Virus record (IMG/VR): IMGVR_UViG_3300034980_000290
Origin: a virus
Taxonomy: Duplodnaviria > Heunggongvirae > Uroviricota > Caudoviricetes
Reading direction: 5' to 3' (one strand)
DNA: 64,000 nt
A program made the position numbers and the translations under genes. Positions 27,648-37,100 of the stretch are shown in pieces; position 1 is the stretch's first letter; each line of letters opens with the position of its first letter. The notes beneath the pieces were generated by a model that ran no database searches, had not been told where the DNA came from, and saw only the letters and a list, made by a program, of their open reading frames with translations.

Positions 27648-28501
27648 TGAAACAGTATCTTGATGCCCTTGGGCAAATCATGGACGGCGGTCACGACAAA
27701 GGTGATCGCACAGGTACCGGTACACGTAGCGTCTTCGGCATGCAGATGAGGTTCGATTGCAGCGGACCGAATCTGCCGGTGGTGACCACCAAGAAGCTGT
27801 TCCTGCGCGGCGTCATTCACGAGCTGCTGTGGATCATTTCCGGTAGCACGAACATCAAATACCTCGTTGACAACGACGTGCACATCTGGGATGAGTGGGC
27901 TGACAAGAACGGCGATCTTGGCCCGGTGTACGGCAAGCAGTGGCGGAAGTGGGAGGGGCAGATTGATCGAGTAGCAATCAATGAACAGCCTGATCCGGGA
28001 GAGCCACCGATACTGCTTGGCTACAAACAGATTGATCAGCTGAAGGATGTCATTGAGCGCATCAAGACCAACCCCGACTGCCGCCGCCTGATCGTTACGG
28101 CTTGGAACCCACCGGACATCGAATCTGCCACGCTGCCGCCCTGTCACTGCTTCTTCCAGTTCTGGGTGTGCGATGGGCGCATCAGCCTTCAGATCTACCA
28201 GCGGTCGTGCGACATGTTCCTGGGTGTGCCGTTCAACATCTTCAGCTACTCGCTGCTGCTCAGGATGGTGGCGCAGGTGACTGGCTTGCTGCCCGGAGAC
28301 TTCATCTGGACCGGCGGTGACTGTCACATTTACAAGAATCACTTCAAGCAGGTTGAGCTGCAACTGGAGCGAACGCCCATGGGAGGCCCGGCCATCTGCC
28401 TCAACCCCGAGGTGCGCAACATTGACGACTTCACGTTTAGTGACATAGACGTGGTTGGCTACAAGAGCCATCCCGCTATCAAGGCACCTGTGTCCGTGTG
28501 A
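27644..28501 (+). CDS. thyA: thymidylate synthase
   Basis: near full-length match to bacterial ThyA: MKQYLDAL...DRTGTGT...PPCHCFFQF (catalytic Cys)...[14 protein letters not shown]...[10 protein letters not shown] (Asn kept, so dUMP-specific). Confidence 0.9.
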   Translation: MMKQYLDALGQIMDGGHDKGDRTGTGTRSVFGMQMRFDCSGPNLPVVTTKKLFLRGVIHELLWIISGSTNIKYLVDNDVHIWDEWADKNGDLGPVYGKQWRKWEGQIDRVAINEQPDPGEPPILLGYKQIDQLKDVIERIKTNPDCRRLIVTAWNPPDIESATLPPCHCFFQFWVCDGRISLQIYQRSCDMFLGVPFNIFSYSLLLRMVAQVTGLLPGDFIWTGGDCHIYKNHFKQVELQLERTPMGGPAICLNPEVRNIDDFTFSDIDVVGYKSHPAIKAPVSV

Positions 28502-28509
28502 GGTGAATC

Positions 28510-28851
28510 ATGAGCGACCCGATAACTGACCCGAAGAAGCTCTTTGCGCAGACGCACGGCCCCGCGAAATGTCGGGGCCGCACTTGTATCATCCACAGCC
28601 CCACTGAACACCACATGCGCGAGTGGCCGGTGCTGCTTCGGGACAGCGGTTTGATCGAACGCACGTGCAAACACGGCGTGAGCCACCCTGACCCTGACAT
28701 CCTCCCTTGGTTGGAGATCCTCGGGATGGAGGGCATGGGCGTACATGGCTGTGATGGCTGTTGTGACCCAGACGAGATCACCGAGGTACTTCCAAAGGAC
28801 TGGCAGCTTGACTTGGATAACGATTCAGCAGCGCCACACAACATTGACTGA
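28510..28851 (+). CDS. Cys/His-rich hypothetical protein
   Basis: 113 aa. Confidence 0.4.
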   Translation: MSDPITDPKKLFAQTHGPAKCRGRTCIIHSPTEHHMREWPVLLRDSGLIERTCKHGVSHPDPDILPWLEILGMEGMGVHGCDGCCDPDEITEVLPKDWQLDLDNDSAAPHNID

Positions 28852-29128
28852 ACTCAAAGGCGAAGTCACCATCACGACACACGATCATGCCAAGGCTCAC
28901 AAGCTGGTGCAGGCGTTGCGGATCCTCGGAGGTGGTGTCGTAACCCGTGCGCTCACAAAACTGGGCGTCCCGGCTGGTTCTCACATCAGCGGATGGAAGA
29001 CTGAGCACGAGCACCAAGATTTCCAGGTGATGGGCCAAGAAGAACCTCAACAAATACCCGGATGCATTCATATCACGGTTGAGTGGCAAAAAAGCCTCGC
29101 CGCACCTGAAAATGCGCGGGTCTGGTAA
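28844..29128 (+). CDS. hypothetical protein (TTG start, uncertain)
   Basis: no in-frame ATG; continuous frame after upstream stop. Confidence 0.2.
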   Translation: MTELKGEVTITTHDHAKAHKLVQALRILGGGVVTRALTKLGVPAGSHISGWKTEHEHQDFQVMGQEEPQQIPGCIHITVEWQKSLAAPENARVW

Positions 29129-29225
29129 AAACGGGCCTGTGTCTCGCCGTTTCTCGCCCTTCAACAACTTTTGTGGGCCATAGCATTACCTGCCGGGGCG
29201 CAGGAGAACGCCCAGCACACGCTAA

Positions 29226-29495
29226 ATGAGCAAAAAACGGGTGAAAATGGCCGAAAACCGGGTAACTCCACGAAGAATTGTCATGTGTACCCGCCATGGC
29301 TGCTGTCGGCGGTTCCTTTTGCCCGTCACACACTACGTAGGCCGTTGCCCCCACTGTTTCACCATTGTGCGCCCGGAAATACTGCCCGACCACGCGCAAA
29401 GAATCCCTTCCCGGTTCGTATGGTTTATGATAGGCGCGTGCTGTCTCATGGCCGTGTTGGTCGCAGGGACATGGCTCGCCAGAACAGTGGGGTAA
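29226..29495 (+). CDS. zinc-finger plus TM small protein
   Basis: CTRHGCC...CPHC then WFMIGACCLMAVLVAGTWLA. Confidence 0.3.
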   Translation: MSKKRVKMAENRVTPRRIVMCTRHGCCRRFLLPVTHYVGRCPHCFTIVRPEILPDHAQRIPSRFVWFMIGACCLMAVLVAGTWLARTVG

Positions 29496-29498
29496 CCC

Positions 29499-29894
29499 AT
29501 GAAACTTTCCTGCAAGCAGGACATGGCCGTGAAGGCATGTGTCCGTCTCGTTGAGTTCTATCCCAAGATGAGCAGCACCGAACAGGTAGCTGAGCTCGAG
29601 GTCTTCTCAGAAGCGCATCTTGGCCGGGTTTTTCGCCGTCTCGCCGTGGCGGGAATCGTGGAACTGGTGAGAGGCCGGAAAGGCGGTGTCAGGCTTGCGA
29701 AAGCGCCCGAAAAGGTGAATCTGGCCGAAATCATCCGCGCAATCGCCGATGACGCCATGATTGAAGCGAATGGGGGCAATCGGGGCCAAAAACGGCTGAA
29801 GGGGCTGTTCGATGTGCTCCAGGGCCGCCTGATGGCCGGGTTGGCGCAGGTGACCCTACAAGAGGTTGCTTCAAAAGATCTAATCCGCGTATAG
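29499..29894 (+). CDS. Rrf2-family transcriptional regulator
   Basis: N-terminal wHTH typical of Rrf2 (IscR/NsrR): MSSTEQVAELEVFSEAHLGRVFRRLAVAGIVELVRGRKGGVRLAKAPEKVNLAEIIRAI. Confidence 0.6.
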   Translation: MKLSCKQDMAVKACVRLVEFYPKMSSTEQVAELEVFSEAHLGRVFRRLAVAGIVELVRGRKGGVRLAKAPEKVNLAEIIRAIADDAMIEANGGNRGQKRLKGLFDVLQGRLMAGLAQVTLQEVASKDLIRV

Positions 29895-30132
29895 GGCGAT
29901 AGGGGGTGCCCGCGGAGGCCCGTACCTTCAACTTCTATTCCCATTCCCTTCTTCTTCGCGTGGTAGCCTCAGCGTTGCCGCGCATCCCGTTGATTCCCTG
30001 CGGGCCGAGATGTGCGGGTGCCCCCGCCTTTTCTCCAGGCCACGAACGCGGCGGGACCGTATAGTGCTATGATGGGGAGGGGCCTCGGCCCTTCTCGCGC
30101 TTCCCTGGCGCAACTTCCTGTAGCCCACGCTT

Positions 30133-30176
30133 CCGCCGCCTGTCGATGCTGGCCCGTCGACAGGCGGTCTTTTTTG
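30133..30176 (+). terminator. rho-independent terminator
   Basis: cctgtcgatgctggcccgtcgacagg stem then cggtcttttttgtg. Confidence 0.6.
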
Positions 30177-30334
30177 TGCCTGTCGTATGTATGGCGTGCG
30201 GTGCAGTACGATTGGCTGAATTTTTTGATTGTGCGGATTGTCTGGGGTGCACGCCCCAGGGAACGCCAACACGACTGCATTGCAAGAATCTTCTCAACCC
30301 TTGTGCGCTGGCGCGTTCAGGGGTTCTTTAGTGA

Positions 30335-30946
30335 GTGACCATGAGAACGCTACTGATCGCCCTTCTGCTGGCCGCCACTGCCACCGCGCAGGCCCCGAAC
30401 ATCATCGAGGAGGACTTGGGCACCGTCTTCCCCCTGACCAACTTCAGCATGACGGGGTACATGAACGCCCCATTCGGTGAGCACGACGCACCCATCTGTC
30501 CCGTCTTTGCGAAGAACGGAAAGGTGGAAGTCCATCTACCGGCACAGTACCCGCCGTACTTCGGAATCCCTGAATTGACGGCTTGTGTGCATTACGTCAG
30601 TGCTTGGCCCATTCCAGACGCCGGACAGCGCGGGATGGAGTTCAAGAAGGATGCTCAGGGCAAGGTGGTTGGCATTCGAGACCCGAATCCGGTCGCATGG
30701 GCACTCCCTCGCACTCACACTCTGTGGGGCTTTTGGGGCGGCCAGATGCCTATTTTTCGAAATGTCTTCGACGCGACCAACATGGAGACGGTTTTGCTGA
30801 TCAACATCAAGCGTTGGAAGCAAATCGTTCCCTATCCGCCTCAGCTGGTTGGAAATTCGTTCGCGATTCAGTGCTTCGTCATTTTCACGGATGCGTCGGG
30901 CACGAAACGGGGTTTCACCACCCTACCGGCCACGGTCCGCTTGTAG
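30335..30946 (+). CDS. secreted protein (signal peptide)
   Basis: MTMRTLLIALLLAATATAQA|P signal peptide. Confidence 0.5.
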   Translation: MTMRTLLIALLLAATATAQAPNIIEEDLGTVFPLTNFSMTGYMNAPFGEHDAPICPVFAKNGKVEVHLPAQYPPYFGIPELTACVHYVSAWPIPDAGQRGMEFKKDAQGKVVGIRDPNPVAWALPRTHTLWGFWGGQMPIFRNVFDATNMETVLLINIKRWKQIVPYPPQLVGNSFAIQCFVIFTDASGTKRGFTTLPATVRL

Positions 30947-31323
30947 GGGCTCGTATACCTGGGGGCCAAAGCACAAAAGCACCTTGAACCAGTTAGCGAC
31001 CGCCCTACGACACATGAATCTCTATTGCATAGCGGTTTTGGTTCAAATCACTCTAAGTACCGCAAATGCGCCTTACATCAAAGAAACCCAGGTATCGACA
31101 GCGGCGTAAGGACTTAGAAGCCCCAGTCTGCATAGCGCATAGCCCTACATCATAAAAAACCAACTCGTCGAGCGAGCGCCTTACCAGACAGAAACCCTGC
31201 GAAACAGCGCGCCAAGATGAACATCAACCTTGCAGACTACAGCGACGCAGAACAGTGGTTTCCGGGCCGTTTTTGGGCGCATAGTGGCATAGGCGGCAAC
31301 TGGGCCGCCAAGGAGAAGCGAAA

Positions 31324-31677
31324 ATGACCGCATCGATACTGACCGTTGCCCAGGACGTGGAGGCCACTTTCGGTGCTCTTGCTGTGGGTCAATACGGTTT
31401 CTACTACTTGCCGAACGGCAAGGACAGCCTCTTGGCCAACAACAGCGTGCATGACTTCAAGTGCATGCTGAGCGGTGATGAGGCCGACTTCATCGAGAGC
31501 AACATCCACCGCCGCCGCGAGTGTCGCGGCATTTGCCTGAGTGGCCTGGAGTCCGGTCTGTCATGGCACTACTGCTATGAGCCCGGCAAGCGACTGAAGA
31601 TCGGCTGTCTGGTCATGCTCGGCGCCGTGGTGCGTGAGTTTGAGCGGTACATCACCGACAACTACAACGCCCCGTAG
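31324..31677 (+). CDS. hypothetical protein
   Basis: 117 aa. Confidence 0.45.
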   Translation: MTASILTVAQDVEATFGALAVGQYGFYYLPNGKDSLLANNSVHDFKCMLSGDEADFIESNIHRRRECRGICLSGLESGLSWHYCYEPGKRLKIGCLVMLGAVVREFERYITDNYNAP

Positions 31678-31741
31678 AGGATTCTCAACCGTATGGTAGG
31701 ATAGGCCGTGCTGCGCCGCACACGCCGCACGGCCTTCAACT

Positions 31742-32305
31742 ATGATCGAGTCAGCATTCGCATGGATCACAGACTTTGTGATGTGGCTGGCGAGCTTAGT
31801 CCCTCGCTGGCGATTCACTCGATCTACGCATGAGGGGGTGGCGTATCTGCTCGGCAAGTACGTGCGCCACTGGAAGGCAGGGGCACATTTCTACTGGCCG
31901 CCCATTACTGACTTTGACGAGATTCCCGTGGTCCGGCAGACCATGGACTTGCCAGAGCAGACCATCACCACGAAAGACCTCAAAACGGTTTTGGCCAGTG
32001 CGGTCATCACATACCGCATCTCGGATGTCGTTGTCGCGTTATCTCAGCAATGGGACTATGAAGACACCATCAGAGACCTTTCACAAGCCGCTCTCCGTGA
32101 CTACGTGTGTGAGCGTGAGTTCGAAGCCATCGCAACCCAGAGACGCCACTCTGGCAAACAGATGGCCACAATGGCCAATGATGAACTCAAAGAGTGGGGT
32201 GTTGAGGTAATCAACATGAGACTCCAAGAGTTCGCGATTACCAAAGCCGTCAGCCTCCACGGACAAGGTGGAGGCTACGTGCCTGATGATGAGGAAGAAG
32301 AATGA
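31742..32305 (+). CDS. SPFH (band 7/stomatin/prohibitin) domain protein
   Basis: N-terminal TM, then VVRQTMDLPEQTITTKDLKTV...VITYRISD...LSQAALRDYVCEREFEAIATQR typical of SPFH. Confidence 0.45.
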   Translation: MIESAFAWITDFVMWLASLVPRWRFTRSTHEGVAYLLGKYVRHWKAGAHFYWPPITDFDEIPVVRQTMDLPEQTITTKDLKTVLASAVITYRISDVVVALSQQWDYEDTIRDLSQAALRDYVCEREFEAIATQRRHSGKQMATMANDELKEWGVEVINMRLQEFAITKAVSLHGQGGGYVPDDEEEE

Positions 32306-33198
32306 TTCGTACGCTTTGTGTCATGCTGTCTCTCATGTGTGGGCTTGGTGCGGGCCAAACCCCGCCTCCGGCGCCCCTGCCCAATCTGAGCGGCCTCACA
32401 GTGCCCACTAACCCACCAGCGGCCACACCGGCCGACATGGCCCACCTGGTCCTTCCGACGCCGACCAGCACGTCCCACACCTTCCAGGCTTTCAATGCGA
32501 CGTATGCCGCTCTGGCAGACATCCCGCTCGGCAGTCTGGCAGGCCCCACCAAGTGGACCAACACCGGATACCCGCCTCAACTGCATGCGCCAGGTCACCC
32601 GAACGCCGGACAGCCGGTCTATGCCGTTCCTGCGAAATGGATGCCTTCCATCGGCCGAGGGTACTTCGGAAGGGCGTGGACGGGTAACATCCGTGATCTT
32701 TCAACCGGGTTGCTGGTTTCTGCCAGCCTTCCGCGCCGAATCGGCTTCACAATCTCAAACTCGATGGGACAGAACATTCTCTTCGGGTTGCCGTCAAAGT
32801 GGTCAGACTTCGATCAGGTTCACATGTACTACGCCCCGATTGACATGAACACGCTGCCGTCGCGTAATGTGACGATAACGGAGCTCATGAATCCATTCAG
32901 GGGTGATCAGCGCCTTGAGATGCTGACATACAACCCGACCACCTTCGGATGGTGGGCGAAGACATGGCCCATGATGAAGTTCGAGACCACCAGGGCTCAA
33001 TGGTCCCGCGTCCCTGACTTCATGGGCCGTCAGACCAAACACATGGACATGTGGGTTGAACTGAGCGATGCGGGTTACAACGCTCTCAAGGGCAAGTCCA
33101 TGGCATTTCAGCCGTTTGTGGTGTATGGCACCAACGCAACATGGCTCGGGGCTGCTCTGGGTGTCCCATTTTCGATCTACGTACCAGAAGGGCAGTGA
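32302..33198 (+). CDS. secreted/lipoprotein-like protein
   Basis: signal peptide MIRTLCVMLSLMCGLGAGQ; Pro-rich after cleavage region. Confidence 0.45.
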   Translation: MIRTLCVMLSLMCGLGAGQTPPPAPLPNLSGLTVPTNPPAATPADMAHLVLPTPTSTSHTFQAFNATYAALADIPLGSLAGPTKWTNTGYPPQLHAPGHPNAGQPVYAVPAKWMPSIGRGYFGRAWTGNIRDLSTGLLVSASLPRRIGFTISNSMGQNILFGLPSKWSDFDQVHMYYAPIDMNTLPSRNVTITELMNPFRGDQRLEMLTYNPTTFGWWAKTWPMMKFETTRAQWSRVPDFMGRQTKHMDMWVELSDAGYNALKGKSMAFQPFVVYGTNATWLGAALGVPFSIYVPEGQ

Positions 33199-33497
33199 TG
33201 ATCAGCTTGGATCAACTTAGCTTCAGTATCATGGCGGTTTGTTCGGTCAGGTACGCCCTGGGCAAAGAAACCGTTGAAGTGAAGGATATCGCCGAAATCG
33301 TACTGGCCAACCTCCAATACCTGGAGGCAGACGATCTCGAGGGTATGATCCACGACATCTGCAACTCACCGCGCAGCCATGGCGCTGGTGAGATGACCTG
33401 GAAGGCTTTCTGCAAGCGGCTGTCGGAGCAGCTTGCCAGCCTTGACACGAACGGTTTTCGGCGGTGTGTCTCGAAACTGGCGGAGAGATGGGTCTGA
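33198..33497 (+). CDS. hypothetical protein upstream of sigma factor
   Basis: 99 aa; ATG overlaps upstream TGA. Confidence 0.4.
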   Translation: MISLDQLSFSIMAVCSVRYALGKETVEVKDIAEIVLANLQYLEADDLEGMIHDICNSPRSHGAGEMTWKAFCKRLSEQLASLDTNGFRRCVSKLAERWV

Positions 33498-33537
33498 AAA
33501 GCGTATAACTCCTTGTCAGGAAAAGGCCCGCCACCTG

Positions 33538-34527
33538 ATGGCCAAGAAAAGCACCAAGAAATCTGCAGAGCCAGAGGCAGTGCAACAAGCGTGGAAACGC
33601 TACAAGTCCAGAGGTGCAAAGGGGGGACGGCAAGAGGATAGGGACATCATTGTTGGCCAGTACATGCAGCTCGTTCGCTACGCTGCGAACCATGCCTGGA
33701 AGACGCTGCCGAACAACATTGATGTTGAAGACCTGGTATCCACTGGGTTTTTTGGTCTTTTGGACGCGATTGAGGGTTTTGACCTCTCGCGCAAGATCAA
33801 GTTCAAGACCTACTGCATGATGCGCATTCGTGGCGCCATGCTTGACGGCCTTCGCCGAGAGGATTGGATACCCCGCCTCGTTCGCTTGAAGGCCAGCCAG
33901 CACCGCAAAGCCGCCAAGAACGTGATGGCCCGCACTGGCTTACCGCCAACCCAAGAAGAAATGGCTGACGAGCTCGGTCTCACCGAGATTGAGTATGCCA
34001 AGTTCAAAAAGGCGATGGGGGTCATTCATGTCTACCCCCTGTCAGACAAGTTTGAGGCTGGCACCAGCGGCGAAGGCGTTGATAAGATTGATGTCATCGC
34101 CGATCCCAAGTCTGCTGAACCCATTGTTGAGCTTGAATCTGCTGATGCTGTAGTGCACATCATGCGGTGCTTGACAGCGCGTGAGAAGCGCATTGTGATG
34201 ATGTACTACTACATGGGCTTCACGATGAAGCAGATCTCGGAAGCCTTGGATCTCACTGAATCTCGCGTTTGCCAGATACACTCAGCCTTCATTGAGCGGT
34301 TGAGGTGCATGATTGAAAGAGACGGGCTTGACAATGCCGAAATACCGCAAGGGCGAAATGATGACGCGGTGGGGGTCTGTCGGGCTGTTTTGCGTGACCT
34401 CAAATGGCGTGGTGAAGAACGACGGCGATCTGGTAATGGGAAGAGGAATGGCCGCTTTACTGAAAAAGAAGTGGCCGCAATCCGCAACCCTGGCGGGAGA
34501 GAAGGCGACGGCGTGGTACAAGGCTGA
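33538..34527 (+). CDS. sigma-70 family RNA polymerase sigma factor (FliA/sigma-28-like group)
   Basis: region 2 DLVSTGFFGLLDAIEGFD...YCMMRIRGAMLDGLRR; region 4 HTH LTAREKRIVMMYYYMGFTMKQISEALDLTESRVCQIHSAFIERLR; C-terminal 70 aa low-complexity and overlapping next gene. Confidence 0.7.
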   Translation: MAKKSTKKSAEPEAVQQAWKRYKSRGAKGGRQEDRDIIVGQYMQLVRYAANHAWKTLPNNIDVEDLVSTGFFGLLDAIEGFDLSRKIKFKTYCMMRIRGAMLDGLRREDWIPRLVRLKASQHRKAAKNVMARTGLPPTQEEMADELGLTEIEYAKFKKAMGVIHVYPLSDKFEAGTSGEGVDKIDVIADPKSAEPIVELESADAVVHIMRCLTAREKRIVMMYYYMGFTMKQISEALDLTESRVCQIHSAFIERLRCMIERDGLDNAEIPQGRNDDAVGVCRAVLRDLKWRGEERRRSGNGKRNGRFTEKEVAAIRNPGGREGDGVVQG

Positions 34528-34828
34528 GAACAACAAAGCCTACAACCTCATCTACCTTCAGCACCCAGATCAGCTTGTCGGTCTGTTTCAGACCAAACTC
34601 CACTTCTCACACCGCGCCCGCTTCGATCTCATCTACTGGGGCCTGCACTACCTCAAGAAGTGGGCCACCGCTTACCCTGACAGCATTGCGTGCATCAACT
34701 TCCCTGGAGTTGGCCTCGGGGGCCTTTACCCCGATGAAGTGGCCCTTTTGCTCAGGGTGCTGCCCAAGAACGTGGAAGTCTGGTCTCGGGGTGAAAAAAG
34801 CGTAGAGAGCGTTATTCTGGGCGAGTAG
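34313..34828 (+). CDS. macro-domain (ADP-ribose binding/processing) protein
   Basis: VTSNGVVKNDGDLVMGRGMAALLKK (macro VNAAN..GGGV.GAI-like) and CINFPGVGLGGLYPDEVA (IAFPaIStGvyGyP-like); true start probably M at 34358; overlaps sigma ORF in different frame. Confidence 0.5.
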   Translation: MKETGLTMPKYRKGEMMTRWGSVGLFCVTSNGVVKNDGDLVMGRGMAALLKKKWPQSATLAGEKATAWYKAENNKAYNLIYLQHPDQLVGLFQTKLHFSHRARFDLIYWGLHYLKKWATAYPDSIACINFPGVGLGGLYPDEVALLLRVLPKNVEVWSRGEKSVESVILGE

Positions 34829-34844
34829 CGCAGATGGGCGTGTC

Positions 34845-34895
34845 TGGTGGCACGTGTGCCGTATAAGGGTGCAGGCACAAAACCAAAGGCACAAC
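34845..34895 (+). promoter_or_regulatory. conserved promoter-leader cassette (GCCGTATAAG variant)
   Basis: gtggcacgtgtGCCGTATAAGggtg. Confidence 0.4.
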
Positions 34896-35423
34896 ATGCA
34901 AAACCCTCGCGCAAAGTACAAGGAACTGGCCGATTTGGCCGAGATCCCCACCACAGGCGGCGTCATGCTCAAGATGGGCGTTGACGTTTGTCTCTCGCCC
35001 ACCTGCCCGAACGCGCCGAAAGAGCAGCCGGAAGCCGTCGAAGAGGAGTCCAAGTGGCGTCCCGAGCGCCGTGGGCTCTGTCGTGCTTGCTACGCGGCCA
35101 TGATTCGAGACAAGCCTGAAACCGGCCCTGAGAGCTTCATCCCCTTCGAGAACGAAGGCCGGTGCCTTCCTCGCAACTTCGGCGGCAACAAGCCCCCAAT
35201 CCGCAAGGCACGCACGCCTGTCACGCCAGCATGGATGCAGGTGGCCTTGGGCACTGCCGCAGCCGTCCCGGCCGAGATGGCGGCTCCGGCGCCCGCTCCG
35301 GCGCCCGCTCCGGCGCCCGCTCCGGCGCCCACGGTCCCGATCGACTTCAGCGGCGACGCGGCCGAGTCCACAGCGGGCGGGGATGACCTGGACCGGCTGT
35401 TGAACACCGAAGTGGGCGAGTAG
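34896..35423 (+). CDS. zinc-ribbon protein with (AP)7 linker
   Basis: CLSPTCPN...CRACY; 12-nt tandem repeat gctccggcgccc x4 at 35283-35330 encoding APAPAPAPAPAPAP. Confidence 0.5.
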   Translation: MQNPRAKYKELADLAEIPTTGGVMLKMGVDVCLSPTCPNAPKEQPEAVEEESKWRPERRGLCRACYAAMIRDKPETGPESFIPFENEGRCLPRNFGGNKPPIRKARTPVTPAWMQVALGTAAAVPAEMAAPAPAPAPAPAPAPAPTVPIDFSGDAAESTAGGDDLDRLLNTEVGE

Positions 35424-35426
35424 TAC

Positions 35427-36392
35427 ATGCCGACAAAGACAACCAAGAAAACCGCCAAGAAGGCGCGAAAGAAGCGTACGCCCAAGGTCAAGCACGACCC
35501 GGTGTACGATCGCAATCTCCTCAAGCAGCTCGTGAGAACGTGCTATGACCTTCAGGAGAAGAGGATGGCCCATGGGCAGCGCCAGAAGGCCCTTGCCCAC
35601 CGTGGAATGCCAGAGCTCAACGAAAGCGACACAGGCGCCTTCGCCGAAATCTTCGGCGGCTTCAAAGACGTTGAAAGGCTCATCGAGAAGCAGATCCATA
35701 AGGTGCTGAAGAGGTTCCCAATCTGGACCAAGTGGTTGGACGAAGTCACAGGTGTTGGCCCAATGATGGGCGGCATCATCGTGAGCAAGTTCGACCCCTA
35801 CGACGCACCAGCCCCTGAAGGCTACGGGGTTGAACACGCTGGTGCCTATGAAGGCAAGTACCTGTTCCGTGAGTGCATTGACAAGGAGAAGGACACCTGG
35901 AATGTTGAGGAGCGCGAGTGCATCATGCGCCAGCGCACCGTCAGCCAGTTTTGGGCGTACTCCGGACTCCACACCATCGAGGTCGATGACAAGGAGGGTG
36001 GCAGGAAGCGTGTGGCGGCGCGGCAGGTAGCTGGGAAGCAGGGCAACTACGAGACATGGCTCAGGGCCAAGCTGTTGGGTGTCCTGGGTGACATCATGAT
36101 CAAGGGAGGCAGCCCGTACAAGAGGTACTACGACGAATGCAAGAAGCGTCGTATAGCCATGGGCTGGGGCACGACCGACATGCACCGGCACAAGGACGCC
36201 AAGCGGCACATGATGAAGTGTTTCATCATGGACCTCTACGTGCAGTGGCGTACGGTGCTTGACCTTCCGGTCAGGGCACCGTACGCCCTTGCAAAGATGG
36301 GGTTGTCCCCGGCGCAAGCGTTCCATGTAGAGGAACACCCAGGGTGGAACAGAAAGGACGCCGCTGAGGCGGCAGCAGCAGCAAATGGATGA
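35427..36392 (+). CDS. basic protein with helix-hairpin-helix region resembling IS110-transposase C-terminal (Transposase_20-like) domain; no DEDD nuclease domain seen
   Basis: Lys-rich N-term; VTGVGPMMGGIIVSKFDPYD and QFWAYSGLHTIEVDDKEGGRK...GNYETWLRAKLLGVLGDIM...YKRYYDECKKRR pattern. Confidence 0.35.
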   Translation: MPTKTTKKTAKKARKKRTPKVKHDPVYDRNLLKQLVRTCYDLQEKRMAHGQRQKALAHRGMPELNESDTGAFAEIFGGFKDVERLIEKQIHKVLKRFPIWTKWLDEVTGVGPMMGGIIVSKFDPYDAPAPEGYGVEHAGAYEGKYLFRECIDKEKDTWNVEERECIMRQRTVSQFWAYSGLHTIEVDDKEGGRKRVAARQVAGKQGNYETWLRAKLLGVLGDIMIKGGSPYKRYYDECKKRRIAMGWGTTDMHRHKDAKRHMMKCFIMDLYVQWRTVLDLPVRAPYALAKMGLSPAQAFHVEEHPGWNRKDAAEAAAAANG

Positions 36393-36603
36393 ACCACAAG
36401 TCACTGGCCCGAAGAATGCCGTCGAGGCCAAGAACCTTGTCGCCAACCTGCTCATCTTCAAGCTGGACGGCGTCGAGCAGGAACTGAACACCGACATCTG
36501 GACACCTGGGCAGCTCAACCGCCTGCGCCGCGCCCGCGATGATGTCAAGGCACGGCTCGAGAAGCTGATCAAGCCGCATCCCGGCGCGGCCCCCGGAGAA
36601 TAG
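36385..36603 (+). CDS. hypothetical protein
   Basis: 72 aa coupled (ATGGATGA). Confidence 0.4.
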   Translation: MDEPQVTGPKNAVEAKNLVANLLIFKLDGVEQELNTDIWTPGQLNRLRRARDDVKARLEKLIKPHPGAAPGE

Positions 36604-36641
36604 CGCAATATCCCCCGCGCAAGTCCGCGTAAGTTGCGGGT

Positions 36642-37100
36642 TTGTGCTGGGAAGCGTTTAGTACCATGGAAGGCGTCTCACAAGAGATCCTACCCTTCGA
36701 AGGCTACACAGGCTATCGGCACTGGTCCAAGGATCTTGCCTCTGGCACCAGTGAGCTGGAGAGGATTTACGCAGCAGGCATTGCTGACTTGGCTTCCGTC
36801 AACGTCTTTGTGGACTTGGTAGGGGCCAGAGGGCTTTGGATCTATCTTATGTTCCCCCCGTCGAGGCTTAGGGACGACCAACAAGCCCAACTGATTGAAC
36901 ACGAGTACACCTCATGCACTATCAATGATGCAACGCAGGTGGCTTTGAACGCACTTGCAGGGGCCTACACGGCTGTGATTGGCAAAGCAACGCCTGCCGA
37001 CCTCCAAACACTGGAGCAACGGCAGGATGGCAACGCCCAAGAAACTGACGTGGCAGGATGCGGTGAGGTGGCTGAAGGCAGCCACGGAACATCTCCGTAG
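36642..37100 (+). CDS. hypothetical protein
   Basis: 152 aa; start uncertain. Confidence 0.3.
   Translation: MCWEAFSTMEGVSQEILPFEGYTGYRHWSKDLASGTSELERIYAAGIADLASVNVFVDLVGARGLWIYLMFPPSRLRDDQQAQLIEHEYTSCTINDATQVALNALAGAYTAVIGKATPADLQTLEQRQDGNAQETDVAGCGEVAEGSHGTSP

Noticed and set aside
31030-31050. tRNA T-loop-like GGTTCAAATC
   Set aside because: No complementary T-stem or acceptor/anticodon arms could be built around it.
34812-36608. 598-aa minus-strand ORF
   Set aside because: Antisense to well-supported + strand genes (zinc-ribbon/AP-repeat gene, HhH protein). Low-complexity Arg/Gly-rich translation typical of antisense GC-rich coding.
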